This document shows positions 47,572-57,492 of a stretch of DNA of 64,000 bases, one piece after another. The position numbers were made by a program, and so were the translations under genes. Every line of letters starts with the position of its first letter. Within the stretch, counting starts at the first letter, position 1. The stretch covers positions 2,720,001 through 2,784,000 of the forward strand of contig OY776510.1 in the NCBI GenBank assembly GCA_963675665.1, given 5' to 3'. The notes beneath the pieces were generated by a model. It did no database searches and was not told where the DNA came from. It worked only from the letters and a program-made list of their open reading frames with translations. The DNA comes from Spirochaetia bacterium (GTDB taxonomy: Bacteria; Spirochaetota; Spirochaetia; UBA9216).

Positions 47572-48972
47572 TTATTTCTCAGCATTTTCCGGTTTGTAAC
47601 CAGCTACCTTATGCCATGCTTCCGGGTTTTTCTTGAACAGAATCCAGAGTACGGCAATTACCACTGCAACAATTATATTCCCGAGCCAGAAGTTTTCTGA
47701 TATTTTCAGGAACATCGCAGGAATCCAGTTTCCTCCGTCGCAAATTGACGTAATAAGATTTGCGCCTTCCGGTAGTGCAAAATCAGCTGCAAGAGCTGCC
47801 GCTGTTGTACCTTCGGCGAGGAAATTCATGATGTAAAGCGACGGAATCATAAATATCGTTGAGATTACAATCGATCTGAAGACGTTAGCTTTAACAATCG
47901 GAATAACTATTGCAACAAGGAAAGGAATTACTGCGAGATCGCCGAAAGGAATTACCTTGTTTCCGGGAAGAATTATTGCAAGAATAAGGGTGATCGGCAC
48001 CATTACAAGACCGGTTGCAATTGCCGTGGGATGCCCTACAAGAATTGCCGAGTCGAGACCGATGTATATTTCCCGATCGCCTGCTTTTTTCTGCAGGAAG
48101 TCGCGGGCCGCGTCCGAAAGAGGAATAAGTCCTTCCATTAAAAGCGAAACCATTCTCGGCATAAGTACCATAACTGCGCCGAGAGAAATAGCCGTCGACA
48201 GCATCTTGCCGAGCCAGCTGGTCCATGGCCCGTCGCCGATGTAAGCTACTGCAGCAAGAATTAAACCGATAACTACACCCATTATAAGCGGTTCGCCCAT
48301 AAGACCGAATTTTTTCTTTACGGTGTCGGGGTCCCCTTCAATATTCTTTATTCCGGGTATTAAATCGATAACTTTGTTGATGATGATTGCGAACGGAACC
48401 GGTGCTGCTGAAAAGCCGTGGGGGATTGAGATACCCGGAAGCCCCATGGTCTGCTGGATTGCAGGGCCTGTCCAGTCTGCAAAGAACAGCATTGCTGCTG
48501 CAAACAGGAGTGCAGAAATGAGTCCGTACCAGATATTGCCTGTTGCCCATTGAACAAGTCCTCCTACAAAAGCGAAATGCCAGAAATTCCAGATATCGAT
48601 GTTTATCGTTTTTGTGACTCTGGTGAACAGCAGAAGAAGGTTGAGCAGAATTCCTGCCGGAATAATAAGGGTGGAAAGCCTGGACCCGAACGCAATGGAA
48701 GCGCAAGCCGGCCAGCCTACGTCTATTATATCCAGCTGAAGGCCGAACCTTTCTACCATCGCCTGTGATACCGGACCTATGTTACTGGATAATACGCCGA
48801 TAACAAGATTCAGACCGATGAATCCAACGCCGAACATCAGCGAGGATCTGAGTGCCTTTCCCGGTTTTGCTCCAAATATCAGTGAGAGTATAAAGAGTAT
48901 AATCGGGAGAAGGACTGATGCGCCCAAGCCGAGAAAAAAATCTACGACTGATTGTAATACACCAAGTTCCAT
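47572..48972 (-). CDS. PTS galactitol-family EIIC (start revised to ATG 48972)
   Basis: 'IDVGWP', 'TKTINIDIWNFWH', 'YIGLD', 'LPGN...PFGDL'; AAAGGAG SD before 48972. Confidence 0.95.
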   Translation of the reverse strand: MELGVLQSVVDFFLGLGASVLLPIILFILSLIFGAKPGKALRSSLMFGVGFIGLNLVIGVLSSNIGPVSQAMVERFGLQLDIIDVGWPACASIAFGSRLSTLIIPAGILLNLLLLFTRVTKTINIDIWNFWHFAFVGGLVQWATGNIWYGLISALLFAAAMLFFADWTGPAIQQTMGLPGISIPHGFSAAPVPFAIIINKVIDLIPGIKNIEGDPDTVKKKFGLMGEPLIMGVVIGLILAAVAYIGDGPWTSWLGKMLSTAISLGAVMVLMPRMVSLLMEGLIPLSDAARDFLQKKAGDREIYIGLDSAILVGHPTAIATGLVMVPITLILAIILPGNKVIPFGDLAVIPFLVAIVIPIVKANVFRSIVISTIFMIPSLYIMNFLAEGTTAAALAADFALPEGANLITSICDGGNWIPAMFLKISENFWLGNIIVAVVIAVLWILFKKNPEAWHKVAGYKPENAEK

Positions 48973-49001
48973 AATTTCTCCTTTTCCAATAATTTTGCAT
49001 A

Positions 49002-49030
49002 AGAATATAACAAAATATGCCACTTGTCAA
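49002..49030 (-). promoter_or_regulatory. Sigma70 promoter of the PTS operon
   Basis: TTGACA-N17-TATTCT on minus strand. Confidence 0.65.
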
Positions 49031-49159
49031 AATAAAAATGAAAATATATTATTAAAAAATGCAAAAAATTTGCAAAAAAACCATGCTGTTAAAATTTGTT
49101 CGCAGAGTATTATCAATATAAGGAATAATGTGTAGAACTAAGGTATACCGGAGTTGTAA

Positions 49160-50155
49160 ATGAAGAAATTTAAATGGGGTATTATCGGGACCGGAAAAAT
49201 AGCAAACCGTTTTGCATCGGCTCTTAATAATATTTCTGCGGAAGCAGAGCTTTATGCGATTGGTTCCCGCAGCAGAAATAAGGCTGAAGATTTTGCAGCC
49301 AGATACAATGCTGAAAAAGCTTATGAAGGTTATTCAAGGCTTATGGCTGATCCCGGGATTGATATTGTTTACATAGGCACACCTGGAAAATGTCATCATG
49401 ATGATGTTGTAATGGCTCTTAATGCGGGAAAACATGTTCTTTGTGAGAAAACTCTTACATCCAATGCCACGGAAGCGGAAGATCTGATCAGTCTTGCGCG
49501 GGAAAAGAATCTTTTTTTAATGGAAGCAATGTGGACAAGGTTTTTCCCTTTGCATGTGCGAATTCGTGAATTGACAGAAAACGGAGCAATAGGCGATGTG
49601 CGCGGGCTTGTTGCAAATTTCAGCGCGACAGCACCCGGGAGCTCCTCTGATAAAAACCGCTTCTGGGATGTTGATATGGGGGCAAGCGCGCTTCTGGATA
49701 TAGGCGCCTACGGAGTATCGTTTGCTTCAAGCCTTTTCGGCAAGCCTGAAGAAATTTCCGGTACTGCATACATGGGCAGCGCCGGTTTTGATTATCAGAA
49801 CTCCTGTTCGATAAGATATTCCGGCGGAAGAATAGCAACAATCATGTCGTCACAGGTTTCATATGATGTAAAAGAATGTGTTGTATTCGGAACAGGCGGG
49901 AAGATAGAGATAGAAGACCCCTGGTATAAACCTGTTGCAATGACTGTGACCCAGGCGGGAAAAGAAGCCCAAAGACTGGAATTTCCGCTGAACAGATTCA
50001 ACGGGTATGAATATGAAATCAGGGAAGTGATGAGCAGAATAGAAAAAGGCGAGAAGGAATCACCGGTAATGCCGCTGGATGAAACACTTCAGGTTATTCG
50101 AACAATGGATGAGTTGAGAGCTCAATGGGGATTTAAATTCCCTTATGAGGTTTAG
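49160..50155 (+). CDS. Gfo/Idh/MocA family oxidoreductase
   Basis: 'WGIIGTGKIA', 'GKHVLCEK', 'MEAMWTRF', 'LLDIGAY'. Confidence 0.92.
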   Translation: MKKFKWGIIGTGKIANRFASALNNISAEAELYAIGSRSRNKAEDFAARYNAEKAYEGYSRLMADPGIDIVYIGTPGKCHHDDVVMALNAGKHVLCEKTLTSNATEAEDLISLAREKNLFLMEAMWTRFFPLHVRIRELTENGAIGDVRGLVANFSATAPGSSSDKNRFWDVDMGASALLDIGAYGVSFASSLFGKPEEISGTAYMGSAGFDYQNSCSIRYSGGRIATIMSSQVSYDVKECVVFGTGGKIEIEDPWYKPVAMTVTQAGKEAQRLEFPLNRFNGYEYEIREVMSRIEKGEKESPVMPLDETLQVIRTMDELRAQWGFKFPYEV

Positions 50156-50163
50156 GACTGATT

Positions 50164-50907
50164 ATGAGTTTGGCAGAAAGAGTAATTGATTCAAAAAAAC
50201 TCGGAAAACGTAACAGCGTAAGGATTTTTATTCCGGATTCAGGCGGCACCAGGTTTCCCGTTGTTTATTTCCATCATGGGTTGGGATACGACAGCCTGAC
50301 ACCCTGGGCAAAAACAGATTTCCCTGTTATTGCTGAAAACTACAATATTATCATAGTAACTTCCGATGCATACGACAGCTGGTTTGTTAACGACATAACC
50401 ACCGGACGGTTATGGGAAGATTATTTTGCCAATGAGCTTCCTGATTATATAGAAAAAGAATTTCCTGCCGCTTCAGGACGGACGGCCAGGGGACAATGCG
50501 GTTTCAGCATGGGCGGATACGGAGCTATGATGCTGACGTTGCTTCATCCTGATCGTTTCTGTGCTGTTTCAACCCACAGCGGCTCCTTTGTTTTCGGTCA
50601 TGAGTACAGAAAGGACAGACCCGAGAGAGCGGTGTATATGAAAGCGGTTGCGCCTCCGGGCGGACGGTACGATTTGTTCAGACATATAAAGGATTTTCCG
50701 TGGAATGAAGATAATCTTCCTGCTATCCGTCTCGATATCGGTAAGGATGATTACCTTATTGACCAGAATCGGAGATTCCATTCCTGCCTCAGTGAAAACG
50801 GGATAAAACATTATTATTCAGAAAACAGCGGAACGCACTCCTGGGATTATGTAAATGAGCATCTGAAAGACAGTCTCGATTTTTTTTCAGCGCAGCTATC
50901 CTGCTGA
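50164..50907 (+). CDS. Alpha/beta-hydrolase esterase (putative esterase family)
   Basis: 'PVVYFHHG', nucleophile 'GFSMGGYGA', 'GKDDYL', 'GTHSW'. Confidence 0.88.
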   Translation: MSLAERVIDSKKLGKRNSVRIFIPDSGGTRFPVVYFHHGLGYDSLTPWAKTDFPVIAENYNIIIVTSDAYDSWFVNDITTGRLWEDYFANELPDYIEKEFPAASGRTARGQCGFSMGGYGAMMLTLLHPDRFCAVSTHSGSFVFGHEYRKDRPERAVYMKAVAPPGGRYDLFRHIKDFPWNEDNLPAIRLDIGKDDYLIDQNRRFHSCLSENGIKHYYSENSGTHSWDYVNEHLKDSLDFFSAQLSC

Positions 50908-51018
50908 AAAAGAGGCTGCATGATTACGGGATTGAAACGCTCTTGACGTAAGAATTAAACTATGATACTTTATATATACTAAAGTAGCTTAAATATAATT
51001 AAATATACAGGGGGAAAT

Positions 51019-52101
51019 ATGGCTAATACTTATAAAATTGCGGTTATACCTGGAGACGGCACCGGCCCGGAGGTAGTTGCTGAGGGTAAAAAGGTTCTTG
51101 ACGTTGCTGCAAGGAAATTCGGTTTCAAACTGGATATGCATGATTTTGATTACGGTGGCGACCGTTTCCTGAAAACGGGTGAAGTGCTTCCCGATAGTGC
51201 ATCGGAAGAACTCAAACAGTTTGATTCGATATATCTGGGAGCCATAGGACATCCGGATGTTAAGCCCGGTATCCTTGAAAAAGGGATTCTGCTTCGGCTT
51301 CGTTTTGAGCTTGATCAGTATATTAACCTCAGACCTGTGAAGCTGTATCCCGGTGTTGAGACGCCGCTGAAAGATAAAGGCCCTGAGCAGATTGATTATG
51401 TAGTAGTTCGTGAAAACACCGGAGGTATATATACCGGAACCGGAGGATTTTCAATGAAAGGAACCGAACATGAAGTTGCTACCCAAAGCATGGTTTACAG
51501 CAGGCACCAGGTTGATCGCTGTTTAAAGTATGCATTTGAATATGCTCAGAGACATGGTAAGAAAGCAAGAGGCAAGGGAGATGCCAATACCCTCGGCCTG
51601 GTTGGAAAGACGAATGTTCTTACCTATGTATTTGATCTCTGGGAACGGGCTTTCCATGAGATCGGAGCAGAAAAGTATGCGGATGTTAAACGTGAATACT
51701 ATCATGTTGATGCAACTTGTATGTGGATGGTTAAAAGTCCGGAATGGTTTGATGTTCTTGTAACCAGTAACATGTTTGGAGATATAATAACGGATCTCGG
51801 TGCTATTACCCAGGGCGGTATGGGAATAGCTGCCGGCGGAAACATCAACCCCGAAGGCGTATCCATGTTTGAGCCGATAGGCGGTTCAGCTCCGAAATAT
51901 ACAGGACAGGGCATTATTAATCCGCTTGCATCGATTGTTGCCGGTTCGATGATGCTCGATACGCTGGGAGAAGCCGAGGCCGCAGTAGCTATTGAAAATG
52001 CAGTTATGGAAGTCACCGGCAAAAAACTGAAAAGCCTTTCTGCCGGAAATATGGGTTATTCGACAAGTGAAGTTGGCGATCTGGTTGCAGAATTGCTATA
52101 G
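51019..52101 (+). CDS. leuB: 3-isopropylmalate dehydrogenase
   Basis: 'PGDGTGPEV', 'NLRP', 'VRENTGG.Y', 'NMFGDIITD', 'FEPIGGSAP'. Confidence 0.88.
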   Translation: MANTYKIAVIPGDGTGPEVVAEGKKVLDVAARKFGFKLDMHDFDYGGDRFLKTGEVLPDSASEELKQFDSIYLGAIGHPDVKPGILEKGILLRLRFELDQYINLRPVKLYPGVETPLKDKGPEQIDYVVVRENTGGIYTGTGGFSMKGTEHEVATQSMVYSRHQVDRCLKYAFEYAQRHGKKARGKGDANTLGLVGKTNVLTYVFDLWERAFHEIGAEKYADVKREYYHVDATCMWMVKSPEWFDVLVTSNMFGDIITDLGAITQGGMGIAAGGNINPEGVSMFEPIGGSAPKYTGQGIINPLASIVAGSMMLDTLGEAEAAVAIENAVMEVTGKKLKSLSAGNMGYSTSEVGDLVAELL

Positions 52102-52240
52102 CTCTGGATTTAATTCAGTAAATGTGATATATTATCAATAAGATAAGTTTTTCGGTAACAGTTATACTGTTTTTATCTGCAGAGATTGCCGGAAAATATA
52201 AAATTGTTTACATCGGTTGGATTTTTCCACTGATATTATT

Positions 52241-52268
52241 GCCCCGGACAGAGGTTTCGGGGTTTTTT
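52241..52268 (+). terminator. Intrinsic terminator
   Basis: GCCCCGGA...TTCGGGGT then T run. Confidence 0.75.
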
Positions 52269-52536
52269 ATTTGATTCAATATATAAATTGTACATACAAA
52301 CAAAAAAACTTGCACAGAATTGAATTCGGCATTAAACTATATGCGAATTTACTGAACTGATTGTTGAATTGATCATTTTTCAATCGGTTTTGAGGTTCTC
52401 TTTTACTGTTTCAGCAGATTGAGGGCTCTCGCAAATCGGCCATACGGGATTCCGGGGGTTTCCAGGGAGGATGATGGAAAATAACTTCACCATAAATATT
52501 CTAAATTATTATTAAAATTTTCAGGGAGAATAAATT

Positions 52537-53763
52537 ATGAAAAGAATACTGATTCTTGGTTCCGGAGCTCAGGGAAGTACGGTTGCCAAGCGAATGGATG
52601 AAGAACCCGATGTTGCCGAAATTATTTGCGCAGATTACGATAGAAAGGCTGTCGATGATTTGACCGGGATGCTTAAAAAGGCCAGACCACTTCAGATAGA
52701 TGCCCAAAAAGTTGAAAATATTGTAAAAGCTGCAGCAGGAGTTGATCTTATAGTTAATGCCTTGCCGATGGCTTTCGGCCGAATAGTGTTAGAAGCTGCA
52801 CTGCAGGCAAAGACTAATTATCAGGATTTTGCTGCAGCGGATGATCCGGCAATTGACTGGGTAGAGGGTATCCGGGTAATGCTGACGGAAACATCTGAAA
52901 GATTCAAAGCAATCGGGAAAACTGCCCTTATCAGCACCGGATCCGCTCCGGGGATTATCTGTGTAACTGCCCGGGATGCAATGCGCTCTCTCGACTCCTG
53001 TGAAACCATAAGCATGTTTGTATGGGAAGGGGTTAAGGCAAAACGGTTTCTGCCGTTCTGGTGGTCGCCGGAAGTCGCCTATGCGGATATGGCTGATGAA
53101 GCTTTTCCATACATTAACGGACAGATTGTTGCCTCGCAACCGTTTGAGCTTCCTGTCACCCGCAGGATAAAGGGTACTGATCGCGAAATCCGTTTTGTAG
53201 AGCATGCCCATGATGAGACAGTCCTGATGGGGTTGAATTCCGGGAGATTCTTTAAGGGTGTTAAAAATGTATTTTTCAAATATGGCGGGTACGGTGTGGA
53301 TTTTGCAGAAAATCTGTATCGGATGGGCCTGCTTTCCGAGATTCCGATAGAGGTTGACGGCCAGATGATCGTTCCCCGCAGGGTGGCGCTCAGGCTGACT
53401 CCGCCTGCGCCGAAATATCATGACGAGATTAAGGAGATACTCGATGAAGGTCTTCTTGATGATTCAGGCGCAATGATAGTTGAGGCTGTCGGAACGAGCG
53501 GCGGGAAAAAGGTTAAAGTGGAATCCTGTGTAAATGCTCCCGGATGCGTTGAAGCTTTTCAGAAATCCGGACTGACCGGGGAAACCTATTTTACCGGTCA
53601 GGGCGGAGCGCTTTTTACCAAACTGTTTGTTAACGATAAAATCTACCAGAAAGGGCTAATCTCTTCCGATATGCTGGAATATGATCAGGTTGATTATTAT
53701 CTGCAGGAAGCTGCAAAGCTTGGGATTACAATAGACACAGTTATCGAGGAATTTAAACCTTAA
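52537..53763 (+). CDS. Saccharopine dehydrogenase-family NAD(P)-dependent oxidoreductase
   Basis: 'ILGSGAQG', 'VNALP', 'NYQD', 'GSAPG', 'WWSP', 'HDE'. Confidence 0.82.
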   Translation: MKRILILGSGAQGSTVAKRMDEEPDVAEIICADYDRKAVDDLTGMLKKARPLQIDAQKVENIVKAAAGVDLIVNALPMAFGRIVLEAALQAKTNYQDFAAADDPAIDWVEGIRVMLTETSERFKAIGKTALISTGSAPGIICVTARDAMRSLDSCETISMFVWEGVKAKRFLPFWWSPEVAYADMADEAFPYINGQIVASQPFELPVTRRIKGTDREIRFVEHAHDETVLMGLNSGRFFKGVKNVFFKYGGYGVDFAENLYRMGLLSEIPIEVDGQMIVPRRVALRLTPPAPKYHDEIKEILDEGLLDDSGAMIVEAVGTSGGKKVKVESCVNAPGCVEAFQKSGLTGETYFTGQGGALFTKLFVNDKIYQKGLISSDMLEYDQVDYYLQEAAKLGITIDTVIEEFKP

Positions 53764-53775
53764 TAATACGGTTCA

Positions 53776-53807
53776 GCGGCCGGTAAGCAGCCGGCCGCCT
53801 TTTTTTT
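53776..53807 (+). terminator. Intrinsic terminator
   Basis: GCGGCCGG/CCGGCCGC stem then T8. Confidence 0.85.
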
Positions 53808-53859
53808 CATAAATTTTGATATTTGACATACTATCTTTGAGTTATTATACTCCGTGTAA

Positions 53860-55611
53860 ATGCATGGAAAAATCAGTATAAAGCGAATTTCCGGCCTCCT
53901 TCCTATGTTGATATTGCTCCTGATACTTGTCAATCTGGCAGCCATTTCGTTTATAGGGGTTATTTATTACAGAATTGACATGTTCGAAAATGCCACAGGC
54001 AATTATTTCAGAATGATTAATGAATATGCCATTAGTGTTCTAAACAGCGACGGAAATATATCTGCATTGCTGGAAGAGAAATATACCAATTTGGAAAATG
54101 AGTTTAACAGGATGAATAAGCTGCTGCGCAACGGGACGGTTTTAAAGCCGCCTGAGTTTACATCAGTTGCAGAAGTTGAAGTTTACAGGGCCCATATCAG
54201 GGAGAATGCGTCAATTGTCCGGACTAATCTTTCGAATGTGATACAGAGGTCCTATATTCATATCGGATTTATGCTTGCAATTTCTGCGGGAGCGAGTATA
54301 TTTCTCCTTTTATCCATTCTTGCCGGCAGGTATGCAATCAGGAAATACGGAAAGGAAATTACTGCAGGTCTTGAATACATGGAGAAGATTCTGAAGTTTG
54401 AAATGCACCCGGATTTTGTAAAAACAGATACAAATATTGTAGAAATCGAACAGCTTCAGAATTCCCTGCTTAATCTGTCGAGCGACGTACTGTTTAATCG
54501 AAAGCTGATTGAAAAGGGTGTTCACGGTAATCTGGATATCCTGTTGTCCGAGATAATGGACAGTTTCAGAAAAAGGATGCCGTGTGAAAGGATCGCGCTG
54601 TCTTTTCTTTCGCCGACAGGTAATCTTGTTGCTGAAACTGCTGTTACCACATATAAAACCATATTCCTTAATCCCGGGTTTACAGAACCGATAGCCAGCA
54701 CGAGTCTTGCCGATGTTATCAAAAGCGGAGAACCAAGAATAATCAATGATTTAGATTCTTATTCGCTGAATAAAAGAATATCAAGATCCACTTATTTTGT
54801 TCTCAAGGAAGGTATTAAATCGAGTATTACTATTCCCATGCTGTTCAACGGAAAATGTCTTGGATTCTTTTTTGTCTCAAGCAGGCAGAAAAACGCATTT
54901 ACTATGGAAATGATGCATTATTCTCACAGAATTCTGAACCTGCTTAAACAGAAGTTTTATATTGAGTATCTTTTACAGCAGGTAGTTTCTGAAACATCAA
55001 ATGCGTTTATTTTACTTATGGAGGAAAAGGATAACGAAACATCAGCTCATATTGCACGAATGTCGCGGTATTCATATACGACCGCAATGTTTTACCATGA
55101 CAATGTAAAACCGCTTGAACCGAGATTCATGAGAGAGATTTTATGGTATTCTCCTTTGCATGATATCGGGAAAGTCGGAATTCCCGATTCAATTCTTTTA
55201 AAAGAAGGGCCTCTCTCCCCGGATGAAATGCAGGTGATGAAGAATCACGTAAATATCGGTTCTCGTGTTATGGAAAAAATGAACGCCAGTCTTCTCGAAA
55301 GAGTATCTTTTCCATTAATGCAGACTGCGGTGGAGATTATAAAGGGACATCATGAAAAATATGACGGAAGCGGATACCCTGAAGGCTTAAGCGGCGAAGG
55401 TATTCCTCTCGCAGGCCGAATTGTTGCTGTGGCTGATGTTTTTGATGCGCTCACATCACGACGACCGTACAAGCGGGCGCTGCCTGTAGAGGAAGCATTG
55501 AATATTATGGAGAATGATATGGTCGATAGTTTTGATCCTGAAGTTATGATGGCTTTTAAATCAGGATTTCCTGAAATATTGAAGACTTTTGAAGAATTGA
55601 AGGAAATATAA
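53860..55611 (+). CDS. Membrane-anchored GAF + HD-GYP cyclic-dinucleotide phosphodiesterase
   Basis: Two TM segments, GAF, 'LHDIGKVGIPD', 'HHEKYDGSGYP', 'ADVFDALTS.RPYK'. Confidence 0.92.
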   Translation: MHGKISIKRISGLLPMLILLLILVNLAAISFIGVIYYRIDMFENATGNYFRMINEYAISVLNSDGNISALLEEKYTNLENEFNRMNKLLRNGTVLKPPEFTSVAEVEVYRAHIRENASIVRTNLSNVIQRSYIHIGFMLAISAGASIFLLLSILAGRYAIRKYGKEITAGLEYMEKILKFEMHPDFVKTDTNIVEIEQLQNSLLNLSSDVLFNRKLIEKGVHGNLDILLSEIMDSFRKRMPCERIALSFLSPTGNLVAETAVTTYKTIFLNPGFTEPIASTSLADVIKSGEPRIINDLDSYSLNKRISRSTYFVLKEGIKSSITIPMLFNGKCLGFFFVSSRQKNAFTMEMMHYSHRILNLLKQKFYIEYLLQQVVSETSNAFILLMEEKDNETSAHIARMSRYSYTTAMFYHDNVKPLEPRFMREILWYSPLHDIGKVGIPDSILLKEGPLSPDEMQVMKNHVNIGSRVMEKMNASLLERVSFPLMQTAVEIIKGHHEKYDGSGYPEGLSGEGIPLAGRIVAVADVFDALTSRRPYKRALPVEEALNIMENDMVDSFDPEVMMAFKSGFPEILKTFEELKEI

Positions 55612-55625
55612 ACCGGGAGATTTCG

Positions 55626-56318
55626 GTGATTAATAATCAGGTATTTGAAAAGTTAACAAAGTCGGAGCTTTTCAACGGAGTTTTGCATAATGTAATTTCG
55701 GACTATCTGGAGAAAAAACGTTTCAAGGTACGATGTTATCCTGCAGGCAAGCTGATAATGCTCAGGGGTGAAGTTATTGATTCACTGATGCTTCTGATTG
55801 AAGGAAGATTACAGGCCCAAATACAGGGCGGCGGAGGCAAAACTTTACGTATTGAAGTACTGAAAGCACCGCAGGCAGTAGCGGCAGGGGTGCTTTTTTC
55901 TCAGGATAATCGTCTTCCTGTCAGTTTGTGTTCACTTGTTGATGTAAGTATTGTTTTTATTCCGAAAAATGATGTTTTTATGCTTTGCTCCCAGGACAGC
56001 AGATTTATGCAGAATTATTTTACCGATATGGGCGACAAGATTTCGATTCTGGCCGAGAAGATAAGACTATACCAGTTCAACACAATAAAGCAAAAACTTG
56101 CCGGTTATATACTTGGATTATCAGGGGATATGAAGCTTAGAACGGTTAAACTTGTTTACAGCAAAGAAGTTTTGTCGGAAATTATGGGCGTCGCCCGTCC
56201 CTCATTGTCAAGGGAGTTCTCAAACCTTGTATCATACGGATATATTGAAACCTCAGGGAAAACAATACGTATCATAAACCGCAATGCCATGGAGGAAATT
56301 CTCAAAAATGGTGATTAA
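55626..56318 (+). CDS. Crp/Fnr family regulator (HcpR-like)
   Basis: cNMP-binding fold then HTH 'GVARPSLSR', the RPSLSR helix typical of the HcpR2 subgroup. Confidence 0.85.
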   Translation: MINNQVFEKLTKSELFNGVLHNVISDYLEKKRFKVRCYPAGKLIMLRGEVIDSLMLLIEGRLQAQIQGGGGKTLRIEVLKAPQAVAAGVLFSQDNRLPVSLCSLVDVSIVFIPKNDVFMLCSQDSRFMQNYFTDMGDKISILAEKIRLYQFNTIKQKLAGYILGLSGDMKLRTVKLVYSKEVLSEIMGVARPSLSREFSNLVSYGYIETSGKTIRIINRNAMEEILKNGD

Positions 56319-56408
56319 GAAGCCGGAAATTACTAATCTTGATTTTGCGGAAGCGTTAAATTTCGAAATGGTGTTTTTTATCTTTTTGAAAAATTACTGT
56401 AACGGAGG

Positions 56409-56996
56409 GTGTGTATGAACCTGGAAATCCAGAAGCTGTCGAAAAAAAATGTTGATGATTTCCTGAATTTCTTTGATGAGCGGGCATTCTGCGACAATCC
56501 CGACTGGGCGGACTGTTATTGCCGTTTTTTTTATTTCTCTGATGAGCGAAAATGGGAAGCCTGTACGTCGGAGCAGAACCGTGCCGAAGCAGCCTCTGAA
56601 ATTACCTTCGGACGTATGAATGGTTATCTTGCATATGAAAACGGCAGAACTGTCGGATGGTGCAATGCAGACGATATTATGAATTATTCACGTATTCTGG
56701 CTGATGAGGATATTCCAAATGAAAAAGGAATAAAAAAAGCGGCTGTAGTGTGTTTTGTTATAGATCCCGATTTCCGGAGAAGGGGTGTTGCTTCCGGGCT
56801 TCTGACTGCTGTATGCAATGATTTTGCCGGGACTGGTTATGACTATATTGAGGCATATCCGCAGAAGCATGCAGACAGTAACGCGGGAAACTATCATGGT
56901 CATCTGAAAATGTACCAATCCGCCGGGTTTGAAATATCCGGCGAGACGAATGATTTTTACATTGTCGGAAAAAAACTGCAGCAGGCTGCAATATAA
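56409..56996 (+). CDS. GNAT acetyltransferase
   Basis: 'CYC', 'VGWCN', 'CFVIDPDFRRRGVA', 'EAYP', 'MY..AGF'. Confidence 0.9.
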   Translation: MCMNLEIQKLSKKNVDDFLNFFDERAFCDNPDWADCYCRFFYFSDERKWEACTSEQNRAEAASEITFGRMNGYLAYENGRTVGWCNADDIMNYSRILADEDIPNEKGIKKAAVVCFVIDPDFRRRGVASGLLTAVCNDFAGTGYDYIEAYPQKHADSNAGNYHGHLKMYQSAGFEISGETNDFYIVGKKLQQAAI

Positions 56997-57013
56997 AAGG
57001 AGGAACTGAACTG

Positions 57014-57478
57014 ATGCAAAAATACAATATCAAAGTAACCGACGGACAGGATCATGATTTTATTGATCTATGCAGACTGCTTGATTTCAATCTCGATGAA
57101 ATTGTCGGAGAGACTTTTCAGCGAGAAAAATATCAACAGTACAACACACTGGATGATATTCATGATGTAATTATGATTTACCAGGATCGGTTGCCAGTCG
57201 CCTGCGGAGGTTTTAAATATTATGATGATCTGACTGCCGAAATAAAACGTGTTTTTGTGAAAAAGGAACTTCGAAGGCACGGTCTGGCAAAAATTCTTAT
57301 GAGAGAACTTGAGAACAGGGCTATTGAGAAGGGCTTCTCCAGATTGATTCTTGAGACCGGCGAGCCGCTGAAAGCCTCAATGGGATTATACAGAAGTATC
57401 GGCTTTACGATAATTGCCAACTACGGCCAATACCGAGAGATGAAAGAATCAATCTGCATGGAAAAGATCCTTGCTTAA
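57014..57478 (+). CDS. GNAT acetyltransferase
   Basis: 'ACGG', 'AEIKRVFV...RRHGLA', 'LETG', 'LY.SIGF', 'NYGQY'. Confidence 0.92.
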   Translation: MQKYNIKVTDGQDHDFIDLCRLLDFNLDEIVGETFQREKYQQYNTLDDIHDVIMIYQDRLPVACGGFKYYDDLTAEIKRVFVKKELRRHGLAKILMRELENRAIEKGFSRLILETGEPLKASMGLYRSIGFTIIANYGQYREMKESICMEKILA

Positions 57479-57492
57479 AATTACAGCTATAA

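Noticed and set aside
52340-52536. Lysine riboswitch or T-box upstream of the saccharopine-dehydrogenase-like gene
   Set aside because: Hallmark conserved motifs were not seen; kept only as an unassigned structured leader.
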